Assembly (NCBI RefSeq): GCF_009914755.1
Contig: NC_060929.1
Reading direction: 5' to 3' (one strand)
Source: the human T2T-CHM13v2.0 reference genome, Homo sapiens
Length of the DNA: 64,000 nt
Shown: one piece after another, positions 48,997-61,717 of the stretch
Layout of the letters: every line of letters begins with the position of its first letter
Numbering within the stretch: position 1 is the first letter of the stretch
Program-made: the position numbers and the translations under genes
The notes under the pieces: model-generated
Databases searched by the model: none
What the model saw: the letters and a program-made list of their open reading frames with translations, nothing else
Told to the model about the DNA's origin: nothing

Positions 48997-49452
48997 CTGC
49001 ACCAGAGAGAGGGTGGGTGCCTCAGGGGACCAGGGCCTGGCTGGTTGGGTAGGGAGCCCCACTCAGCCCTGGCCCAGGGAGACCCCTCAGGGGGACTGGT
49101 CTGTGCACAGCCCCAGTACCCAGCACCACCTCAGGCTGTGCCCGTGTTAAGTCCTCACCCTGAGCTGAGACCCAGCCCCAGCCCTCGAGGAGCCCCCAGG
49201 CTGGTGGGGACATGACACTGCAATGTGACACACGCCAGGAAAGTGTGTGTAGCAGGCAGGAATCACAAGGGCCCGTGTGCCCGAGCCACAAGGGCAACAC
49301 AGGATGTGGGGAAGCTGGCCAAATAAAAGTGTGGGAGTGCGGAAGGGAAGGGTGCAGGAGAATTGGCAACATAGCACCAAGCTCTACCTCTGTCCACACA
49401 CAGAGGTGAATTCACCATGAGGCTGATGAAGCTTCCAGGGCACGCATGGTGA

Positions 49453-49647
<195 letters not shown>

Positions 49648-49890
49648 TAATATTTTTAAAAAATTATTTTTTTGTAGAGATGGGGTTTTGCTGTGTTGCC
49701 CAGGCTGGTCTCAAACTCCTGGGCTCAAGTGACCCGCCCGCCTCGGCCTCTCAAAGTGTTGGGATTACAGACGTGAGCCAGCCTGCATCTTGTTTCATAT
49801 TCTCCAAAACTGTATAAGGCCCAGGTCCCGCCAAACCTGGCCCTGCCTACACCCCAGCACACTTGCAGACCCCGCAGGCCCGGCCCCCAC

Positions 49891-50079
49891 CTGCTTGATC
49901 TTCTCACGCTGCTCAGCTGCGCTGCCCCCGCCGTTGATGTGGAGGCTCTTCTTGTACATGGCCATGCGCGTCTTGCCCTCACTCCTCTGGATCTTGGGCA
50001 GCCGCGCCTTTTCCTGTTGCTGCCGCACCTTCAGCTGCTCTATCATGCGCTGGTTGTAGCGCTGCATCTGCTCCCGCTC
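49891..50079 (-). CDS. STK10: STK10 exon (probably 16): [17 protein letters not shown]...[14 protein letters not shown]
   Basis: ttcctctccAG acceptor, GTGGGG donor. 189 nt, phase 0-0. Confidence 0.95.
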
Positions 50080-51176
50080 CTGGAGAGGAATATCCAGAGG
50101 GGCTGAGGGCAGCTGCACTCTGGACTCAGAGCGTGGTCACAGGCTAAAGGTCCCCACACTCCACTCAGGGGCCCAGGACCAACGCAGCCCACAATGTTCA
50201 GCAGATCAAGGCTGGTGTTATTTTGCTTCTACACTAATAACATTATTTGTTCTCACTTTAAAAATTCTTGTTAATAATATCTTGGATTCTTACCTTCTAA
50301 ATGCCTTTTCATCTAATCAATGATGGCATGCCATCATTAGCTAATATCTCAAAGCAAAATGTACACGAAAGGGGATGGTTTACCATTAGTGATGGCAGAT
50401 ATGAACTTATATTTTAAAAAATCCTGATAGATTTGAATTTTTTCCTTCCCCTAACACCTATTTGTATTTCAAAGCTCAGCATGGGCATCACCTCCTCCAA
50501 GAAGCCTTCCCCGATTTCTTCACTTGGTTGGGTAGCCTTATTCTGAACTCCCATGGCCCTATACTGACTTCCATCACTGCATTTAGATAAGAAACTGGAA
50601 TTATACACAGCTGCTGTGCATCCAGACCTTGGTCTGTCTGTCACTGTCCCACTATGGAGGCTGAACTGAGACAGACAATTCCCGCAGGAGAGGGTGCTTT
50701 GGCCACACAGAGTAGGGGCCCTCACCAGCTCTGGGGAGTTCAGGGAAGGCTTCCCAGCAGAGGTGGTGTTTAAGTGGAGACCTAAAAGTATTGAGGGAAT
50801 GCACAAGAAAGAGAGAAATAAAGACAAAATGGAAAGGGAGGACAAAAAGAGGGAAAAGAGAAAAAAGAGCAAAAGAAAGACACACACCGGGCAGGCACAG
50901 TGGCTCACGCCTGTAATCCTGGCACTTTGGGAGGCCAAGGCGGGCAGATCACTTGAGGTCAGGGGTTTGAGACCAGCCTGGCCAACAGGGTGAAAGCCCA
51001 ACTCTGCTAAAAAAAAAAAAATACAAAAATCAGCCAGGCATGGTGGCAAGCACCTGTAATCCCAGCTACTCGGGAGGCTGAGGCAGGAGAATCACTTGAA
51101 CCCAGGAGGTGGAGGTTGCAGTGAGCCTAGATGGCGCCACTGCACTCCAGCCTGAGTGAGAGAGCGACTCCATCTC

Positions 51177-51273
51177 GAAAGAAAGAAAGAAAGAAAAGAA
51201 AGAAGAGAAAGAAAGAAAGAAAGAAGGAAGGAAGGAAAGAAAAGAAAGAAAGAAAGAAGGAAGGAAGGAAGGA

Positions 51274-51359
<86 letters not shown>

Positions 51360-51393
51360 AAAGAAGAAAGGGAAAAAAAAGAAAAGAAAGAGA
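51177..51393 (+). repeat. Compound (AAAG)n/(AAGG)n microsatellite, 217 nt of pure purine (Alu tail expansion)
   Basis: No pyrimidine between 51177 and 51393. Directly follows the Alu at 50888-51176. Confidence 0.95.
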
Positions 51394-51657
51394 CATACAC
51401 AGCAAGTAACAGTCAGTGAGGGAGCCACTTGGGCCATTGGCTTCCCTGCATCGTTTCCCCTATTCCTAGCCCCTTGAGCTGAAGCAGGACGCCCCTGGAG
51501 AACCTCCTGGGGCCTCACTGCAGCCAGCCCTGGCTCCTCTTGGGGGCACTTGTCATCCAAAGTGTGCACCCAAGAGGTGCCCCATCACATACAGCCTCAT
51601 GGCTCTCCCAGGTCGGCCCGGCAGCAGATCCGAGCCCCGTGCCACCGGCAGCCTCAC

Positions 51658-51782
51658 CTTCTCATGCTTGCGCAGCAGCTCGTGCCGCTGGAGGAAGTAC
51701 TGGTCTTTGAGCTGCTGCTTCACCAGCTGGTGCCTCTCCTGCAGCTGGTGCTCTTCCATCTCCCACAGGGCTGCTTCCCGGT
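51658..51782 (-). CDS. STK10: STK10 exon (probably 15): (D)[41 protein letters not shown]
   Basis: tcctctgcAG acceptor, GTGAGG donor. 125 nt, phase 1-0, complementing the upstream exon. Confidence 0.95.
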
Positions 51783-52850
51783 CTGCAGAGGACATGCCAC
51801 CGAGCTGGTGAGGTGCTGACAACCAGAGACTCGACAGGCCCCCTGCCCCCCACCTCTGCCTGGCCTCCTCATGCTGGAGATGATAACCAACCTGCTGGGC
51901 TCAGGAATTGCCACATGTTCTACCTCATTAGACCACGTTGGCTGATCTGAGCTGAGGCCTAGAAACTTCCTTTAAGCCTAAGGAATGAGAGCTCCCAGGA
52001 GCATGGTATAGCAGGAAGTATTCAAAGTCAGGAGCCACAGAAACTGCAGCTATAGGCTGGAACCCAGCTCCATCGGTGGGATTAGGAATGGAGAGGTTCT
52101 CTAGGCATCAGCTGCCATGTCTGCCAGATGGACACAGCTATACCATGGAGGGAGGGGACGTCCTTGGGAGAAACTTTGAAGTGCAAAGTTTCCACACTGC
52201 ATCTCTACCTTCCTGATGGGCACCTGGGAAGAGCTCAGATGGAGACCCCATGAAGAAGACAGAATGGCCTCTTGTCACTATTTCCTCCTTTGAAAAATGG
52301 GTGAGATCCTCCTTGTCTCCTGCACGTCCCAGGCATGCGTTATGAAGACAATGAAGATACTGGCATCTTAACACTGGAGGTCTATTAATCCACCCCTGTG
52401 CACAGCACCCGGGTGGGGACCTGGGGTCAAAGGGAGAATCTCACGCCCTTCGAGACAGGAGATTATGCTTGGCTCAGTGCGAATGTTGTTTATTTCACTG
52501 CATTCCTGTTCCGTGCAAAATGGTATCTGCTTTTGGTATATCAGAATAGTGATTCTGGCTTCCACCCCAAAATCAGAACCACAGTTCTGTAAATAGGACG
52601 GTTCTTACCAACATCATGGGATAGGAAAAGGAAGTGAGGGCTTTTCTCAAAACAACTGTGCTCTATTCAGAATATTGAAAACTCAAGAACCCTGTTTTGC
52701 TGATCCACATCAAATAATAAGAGGTTTATCTTGCTTAACTGCACTGGTCATCAAAGGCCTGGATGAGGCCTGTTTTATAAATGAGCCAAAAATTGCCCTG
52801 GGATATTGGCCTCGTGTTGTTTACTTCCTCACAGCAGGCTTGGACCGTCA

Positions 52851-53228
<378 letters not shown>

Positions 53229-53528
53229 TTACATAAAAAAGCTCAAACAGGGCCAGGCGCGGTGGCTCATGCCTGTAATCCTAGCACTTTGGGAGGCCGA
53301 CGCAGGCAGATCACAAGGTCAGGAGATTGAGACCATCCTGGCTAACACGGTGAGACCCCGTCTCTACTAAAAATACAAAAAAAAAAAAATTAGCTGGGCA
53401 TGGTGGCGGGCGCCTGTAGTCCCAGCTACTCAGGAGGCTGAGGCAGGAGAATGGCGCAGTGGCTCACACCTGTAATCCCAGCACTTTGGGAGGCCAAGGC
53501 AGGTGGATTGCTTAAGGTCAGGAGTTCA

Positions 53529-54192
<664 letters not shown>

Positions 54193-54268
54193 GCACCAGG
54201 GTAGGCCCGGCTTCCTGATATTGTCATCCAAGGCCCAGCTCTATCACCCATTAACTGTGCAACCTCAG

Positions 54269-54992
54269 TGCTATGATCTAAACGTTTGTGTCCCCTCCCC
54301 AAATGTGTATGTTGGAATCTTAACCCCTGAGGTGAGGGTATTAGGAGATGGGGCTTTTTGGGAGGTGATTAGGTCATGAGGGTGGAGCCCTCGTGAATGG
54401 AATTAGTGCCTTTTTATTAATAAAAGAGACCCCAGGCTGGGCACGTTGGCTTATGCCTCTAATCCCAGCACTTTGGGAGGCTGAGACAGGCAGACCACTT
54501 GAGCCCAGGACTTTGAGACCAGCCTGGACAACACAGAAGACCCCATTTACACAAAAAACACAAAAATTAGCCAAGCGTGGTAGCACGTGCCTGTAGTCCC
54601 AGCTACTTGGGAGGCTGAAGTCAGAGGACTGCTTGAGCCTCAGAGGCAGAGGTCACAATGAGCCATGACTGTGCCACTGCACTCCAGCCTTGGCTACAGA
54701 GCTAGACCCTGTCTCAATAAATAAATAAATAAACAAAAATCCCCAAAACCCAAAAAACCACAAAACCCCAAAAACCCAGAGACCCCAGAGCTAGTCTCCC
54801 TTCCACTATGTGAGGATACAGTGAGAAGGTGCCATCTATGAAGCAGAGAGTAAGTCCTCTCCAGACCACAAATGTGCTGGCACCCTGACTGTGGATTTCC
54901 CAGCCTCCAGAAGTGTGGGAAATGAATGTCTGTTGTTGATAAGCCACCCAGTCAGTGGTATTTTGTTACAGCAGCCTGAATGAACTAAGATA
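54269..54992 (+). mobile_element. MLT1A-like LTR with an Alu inserted (another MLT1A 3' fragment at about 47590-47770)
   Basis: TGCTATGATCTAAACGTTTGTGTCCC...GGTATTTTGTTACAGCAGCCTGAATGAACTAAGATA. Confidence 0.8.
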
Positions 54993-55447
54993 CTTGGCCA
55001 AAGAATAGTAACTCTCCAAGCCTCAGTTTCCTCATCTACAGAAATGGGGATAACCTAGGCCCTGCCTCACAGTGTTAGGTGAGGATTTGATGAGATAAAG
55101 GTAGAAAAATGGACTGGCACATGGCCTGGCAGAGTGGTTGCTCAGTCCACGCCAAGCTCTCTCCACCTCCCATAAATCCAGCTCACTTATTAACATACTC
55201 TGCCTGTTTCTTTCTTTTCTTCTCTTGACTTCTGGAATAATCTCAAATAGTCTTGGTGACAACTGGTGTCCTTACCTCGTTCCTTACTTCAAGTGGGGCT
55301 TTTCCCCAGGTTTCCCCATGAAGAATGATGTTTAGTTTTGGGGATGGAGAAGGCCTGGGAGGTTCTTGTTGCCCACCCCACTTCCCAGGGCTGGGATGTC
55401 CACAGCGACTCTGGGCCAAGACAGCGCTGCCACTTGCACACCCCCAC

Positions 55448-55577
55448 CTCGAAGGAGCTCCTGCTTCTTCATGAGGCACTCGCGCTCCTTGTCACAGATC
55501 TCCCGCCTGTTGTCGGTGGTGAGCCTCTTCATGGCCAGCTCCAGGTCCTCCTTCTGCTTGGCTACAAAGTCCCGGTC
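55448..55577 (-). CDS. STK10: STK10 exon (probably 14): [43 protein letters not shown]
   Basis: cctctctccccacAG acceptor, GTGGGG donor. 130 nt, phase 0-1. Confidence 0.95.
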
Positions 55578-56254
55578 CTGTGGGGAGAGAGGAGGACAGG
55601 CCTTTATCCAGAGCCGGCTTGGGCACCTCCATGTCTCTTCCTATTATGGGAGAAAAGCCCGCGTGATCAGAGAAGAAAATGCAGGAACAGAAAAGAAATT
55701 GGTGGAGGAGAAATTTAAGGGAGACTTAGAGACGCATCAACCAATTTCAACATGTGGGCTTCATCTGGATCCTGGATCAAAGAACAGTCTCGGTCTGTCA
55801 CCAGAGCTGGAGTGCAGTGGCATGATCTCGGCTCACTGCAACCTCTGCCTCCCGCGTTCAAGTGATTCTCCTGCCTCAGCCTCCTGAGTAGCTGGGATTA
55901 TAGGTGAGCACCACCACTCCTGACTAATTTTTGTATTTTTAGTAGAGACGGGGTTTCACCATGTTGGTCAGGCTGGTCTCAAACTCCTGACCTTGTGATC
56001 TGCCTGCCTCGTCCTCCCAAAGTGCTGGGATTACAGGAGTGATTGGAAACTGGAATACTGACAACATGACGTTGTTCAGCAATTATTGTTGAATTTGCTA
56101 GGTGTGTTTATGGTATGGTAGTTATTTCTGTGATGTTTGACAGGTAAAATAATATGATGTCTGGGATTTGATTAAAAAGAATACCTTGGGGTCAGGGAGT
56201 GAATGAGTGGACATGAGGTGATATTACTGAGATTAGGTGACAGGTATATGGTAG

Positions 56255-56410
<156 letters not shown>

Positions 56411-56734
56411 TGAGTAGCTGGGACTACAGGTGCACACCACCACACCTGGCTAACTTTTGTATTTTTAGTAGAGACGGGGTTTCACCATGTTGGCCAGGCT
56501 GGTCTTCAACTCCTGGCCTCAAGTGATCCACCCGCCTCGGCCTCCCTATTCCTGTGTTTTTAATTTTCCATAATAAAGGGTAAAAAAAATTAAAATAAAA
56601 AAATTTAGAAACCACGGAATTAGTAAAACTCTCCACTCATCTTATCCCCCAGAGTTGGCAGCTGCGGTAGGTATGTCTATACAAGTGTATCTATAGCTAT
56701 TGTTATTGCTGTGTTACAAAAATTATTAAAAAGG

Positions 56735-57240
56735 GCTCAAAGAGATATGTGTGCACCCAAGTTCACAGCAGCATTATTCACAACAGTCAAGGGATGAAAA
56801 CAGCCCACGTGTCCGTCGATAGATAAATGGATAAATCATGTGTTATATCCACACAATGGAATATTATTCAGCCTTAAAAAGGAAGGAAATTCTGACACAT
56901 GCAACAACATGGATGAACCTTGAGGACATTACGCTAAGTGAAATAAGCCAGTCACAAAAGGACAAATATTCTATGATTCCACTTACATGAGGTACCTAGA
57001 GTAGTCAAATTCATAGGGAAAGCAGAATAAAGTTACCAAGGGTTGGAGGAGAAGAAATGGAGAATTACGGTTTGATGGGTGCAGAGTTTCAGTTTTACAA
57101 GACAAGAGAGTTCTGGAGATAGATGGCGGAGATGGCCGCACAATGTGAATAGGCTTAACGCCACTACACTGTACACTTAATAATGGTAAAGATGGTAAAC
57201 TTTATGTTATGACTATTTTACCACAATTTTAAAAAATTAT
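56735..57240 (+). mobile_element. L1MB-like 3' end
   Basis: gttcacagcagcattattcacaacag...acaatggaatattattcagccttaaaaaggaagg...acatggatgaaccttgaggacattacgctaagtgaaataagccagtcac. Confidence 0.85.
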
Positions 57241-57339
57241 TTTAAGAAATCTTTCCATGTTATAATGTGATCTTCTGGCCAGGTGCAGTGGCTCATGCCT
57301 GTAATCCCAGCACGTTGGGAGACTGAGGCAGGCGGATCA

Positions 57340-57672
<333 letters not shown>

Positions 57673-59028
57673 CTATGGATGTTATTTATCCAATAAACAA
57701 CAGGGTGTCTCTAGGTTTTATCTATTTTAAATAGCGCTACTTCATATTCTGGTAGCTAAGTATTTGTGAACCTCTGTGATAACTCCTTCAGGATTTTCAG
57801 ATTCCCTCAGGATTTCTAGAAGCAGAAAATCCAAGCCAAAGGATGTGTACATCTTCAAAGCTCTCCATGCAACTGCCTCCTCCAGGCCAATCTGCTGTCC
57901 CTCTGCGTGGATGAGGGCCTGTGTGCCCCGCCCTCACCAGTCCTGCGTTCTCTTCCTAATCGTGCTGTAATGGGACAGACAGGTCATAGGGTGTCCCGGA
58001 GAGAACACAAGCTTGAGGCCTCGACCCCCTCCCTGAATGTGAACTCAGCAATGTTACCTCTCTCAGCCTTTGTTTCCTCTTCTGCGAATGGGAAAATGAA
58101 CAGCTCCTACCATAGTAAGCTATGAATGCTGAAGCAGGTAATATACAAAGCATTTCTAAATATGGACTCAAAAATTCTTTGCTTTGGGGGCTGAGGAAGC
58201 AGAACACACAAAGACCCCCTCGTGGGGGAAAATAGGAGCATTCCGGCAAAGGATGAAAAGAAGGCTGGGGAGGCCGGCCAGGGCACAGCAAAGAGGCGGC
58301 GCTTATCTTAGGGACAATGTGGGAGCCACTGAAGGGTTTTAAGGCACAGGGCTGTGGGGGGAAGGGTGCTATTATCAGACTTGGAATTCACATTGATCAC
58401 ACGCAGGCAGGAGAGAAGAAACTGCAGGGGAAAAACAGCTACAGGAAGCCTCGCTGGGAGGCCACTGGACAGTGGCTGGGGGATCATGGAGATGGTGACG
58501 AGTTCATAGATCCAGAGACAGGAGATAAGAAATATACATACCATGCTTCTGGAGGTGACGAAGGACTGGAGGGAAAGGAGGCGTCAGGAATGATGGGCCA
58601 GAAAGGAAGGAAAATGGCACCCCCTCAGAGCATAACGGGACCAGGTCTGGGACATCACAAGTTTGATGTCCTTCAGACTTAAAAGATGCCAAGTGGGCAG
58701 GGGAATATACTGGGTTGGTCAAGGAGATGTGACTTACAAATAAATAACCCTAAAACAAGGTAGGAGGTGCTAAGGGTTTGGGAGGTGGTCAATGTAAAGT
58801 GTTGGGGTATCCAGAGATGGAAGAGCTTACTTCCAGATGGAGGCAGGGCAATCGAGGAAGGCTGCATGGAGGAGGGGATAATGGGGCCATGAAGGATGAG
58901 GCCAGATTTAGGTATTCAGAACGGGGTATTTGAGGGGCAGGGATTGGGCAAAGGCAGAGAGGGGGCCTGGTCACCATTCCAGGTCTCGCACCAGCCCCTG
59001 CGCTCCCCAGCTGAGGCCAGGGACTCAC

Positions 59029-59121
59029 AAGAAGCTGCTTTTTCTGCGTGTGCTCCTCCATCTTCTGCTTCATGCTTTCCTTCCGCTGCTGTCGGGGGAG
59101 CTTCTCCACCTCGTTCTTCAC
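59029..59121 (-). CDS. STK10: STK10 exon (probably 13): [31 protein letters not shown]
   Basis: tgtctctgctgcAG acceptor, GTGAGT donor. 93 nt, phase 0-0. The kinase-domain exons lie beyond the right edge. Confidence 0.93.
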
Positions 59122-60449
59122 CTGCAGCAGAGACAGCAGAGAGTAGCTGGGTCAGGGTCCTCTCCATGCTTCCTACAGTATAATCTTCAACGCAGAACCC
59201 CCGGGCCAGAGAAACCAAAGAAGAGGCTCAGCTTTGCAGCGGCCAGCACCCTACGCGGCTCCCCACCAAGCCCCTCTGAGCAGGTGCTCCACACTGGCCT
59301 ACTCCTGCCTGCCGCTGGTTTCAGCTTCCAACTCCCCCAGAGTGGGCAGGTGCTGTTTTCAGCAGCTTGGTATCCACCCCCCTCTTCTGGTAACAGCACC
59401 TCAGTTTCCTGCAGGGAAGTGTTTCTCAACCTTTTTAAAAAATTACAGTCCCTACAGAAGTTCTTTTAGACATTTTTCCCTAATCCCTCTCCCCCCATGA
59501 AATACTAGTCCAACAGACAATATCGTCAATCTGACAAACCATTGTCATATTTCAGTTATTTTGCTTCCTTTAGGGTAACACTAGCCGGGCTGAAAATGCA
59601 CTTTTTTTTTTTTTTTTTTTTGAGATGGAATCAAGCAATTCTCCTGCCTAAGCCTTCCAAGTAGCTGGCATTACAAGTGTGCACCACCACACCTGGCTAA
59701 TTTTTGTATTTTTAGTAGAGATGGGGTTTCACCATGTTGGCCAGGCTGGTCTCAAACTCCTGACCTCAAGTGATCTGCCTGCCTGGGCCTCCCAAAGTGC
59801 AGGGATTACAGGCATGTGCCACCGCGCCTGGCCGAGAATGCATACTTTAGTATCCCCCTTGTCAGCCCCTGAGGTCCAGGTGAACTGACATCCCTACCCC
59901 CGCTGGCCCTGGGCTGAGCATCTGATCCAGGCTGGCCAAGCAGCATATTCCATGCCCTTAGCCTCAGGAACTGATTCAGAGATAAGCACGTGACCCTCAC
60001 TGGTCCAGTGTGAGCTTTGGGACGTTTGCTGGAACTACTGAAGAAAAGCTACCTGCTGTCCTCTGGGGTTGTTAAACTGGAGGGATGAAGGCCAAGGTGA
60101 GTCACCTTGTCAGCCCCTGGAGGGGACTGCCTGAGATGAACTCAGCACAGGGAAGCAATGTCCAGAGATGAGAAGAAGAATCCCTGGCAACACTCCTGCC
60201 CTCCTGGTCAGACGCCAGCAAGTGTTCTTTCCTTCTTAAGCCAGCTGGGATTGGGTTTCTGTCTTTTATAACAGGAGGGAGAAGAGATCCATGACACTTC
60301 TCTCTAAGGACCTTAGAGTTCCTCAGACAGTTCCTTCCCAAGAAACCCACACCTTCACAGGTGCCTAATAACCCAAAACCTGCATTGACAGAGGGCTCTT
60401 AAGAGCATCTGATGGGGGGAAAGGCCCGCCTGTGATCAAAAAGAGAGCA

Positions 60450-61682
60450 TTCCAGGGAGTTCTGGCATGGTGAGGTAAGCCAAGACAGGCTGTGTCTCCT
60501 GATAATTACAGTGAAAACTCTGCATCAAATATGAAAGCAGCTACTTGAGGACTCTGAAAACCAAACAAAAGCAGGTGGCACGAAGGGGAGTCAAAACTTG
60601 CAGACAAGACTGGTACAGGGGATAAGTTTCCTATTTTTTTTTTCACCCTTTTGCTCTCCTGGCTTTGCACCAATTCCAGACCTGCCCAGTAGTGCAGTAG
60701 AAAAGCTGGCTAAAACTCTGTAAGAAACCTTGTGTTTCTGGCCAGAGAACCAGGAAAAGAGGCCTGTGCAGTCCAGTGAGTATGGGATGAATCCCAAAGA
60801 GAAGGGCACAGAAGGCCAGGCGGAGTGGCTCACGCCTGTAATCCCAGCACTTTGGGAGGCCGAGAAAGGTGGATCACTTGAGGTCAGGAGTTCAAGACCA
60901 GCCTTGGGCAACATGGTGAAACCCTGTCTCTACTAAAAATACAAAAATCAGCCGGGTGTGGTGGCACATGCCAGTTATCCCAGCTCCTTGGGAAGGAGGC
61001 ATGAGAATCACTTGAACTCAGGCGGCGTAGGTTGCAGTGAGCCGAGATCATACCATTGAACTTCCAGCCTGAGGGACAGAGCGAGACTCCGTCTCAAAAA
61101 CAAAGAGAAGAGCGCAGGAAAAGGGAAATTCCTAACTGTGTGTGTGAACACAGAGATTCACCCCTGAGCTGAGTATGAGTGAGACAGGTGCCAAGCAGTA
61201 TAGCAAAAAACAAAAAAAGCAAAGACCCAACTAAACTAACACTGAAACCACTACCCACAGAAGATCAGACAGAACCTGTGGTCTGCAGGGTTTCCTGTTA
61301 AACAAAAAACATCTACATTCTTCAAAAGATTATAATACGGACCCACAGTCTACAGAACATAACACTGAAATGTCAGGGATAGCCAGGCACGGTGGCTCAC
61401 ACCTGTAATCCCAGCACTTTGGGAGGCTGGGTGGATCACCTGAGCTCAGGAGTTCGAGACCAACCTGGGCAACATGGCAAAACCCCGTCTCTACAGAAAA
61501 TATTAATACAAAAAACTAGCTGGGTGTGGTGCCAGTGCACCTGTAGTCTCAGCTACTCAGGAGGCTGAAGTGGGAGGATCACTTTAGCCCAGGAGGTTGA
61601 GGCTGCAGTGAGCTGTGACTGCACCACTGCACTCCATCCTGGGCAACAGAGCAAGACCCTGTCTCTAAATAAATAAATAGAA

Positions 61683-61717
<35 letters not shown>

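Noticed and set aside
50414-51569. Phe/Ser/Leu-rich and Lys/Glu/Arg-rich ORFs
   Set aside because: Translations of the (AAAG)n microsatellite and the adjacent Alu.
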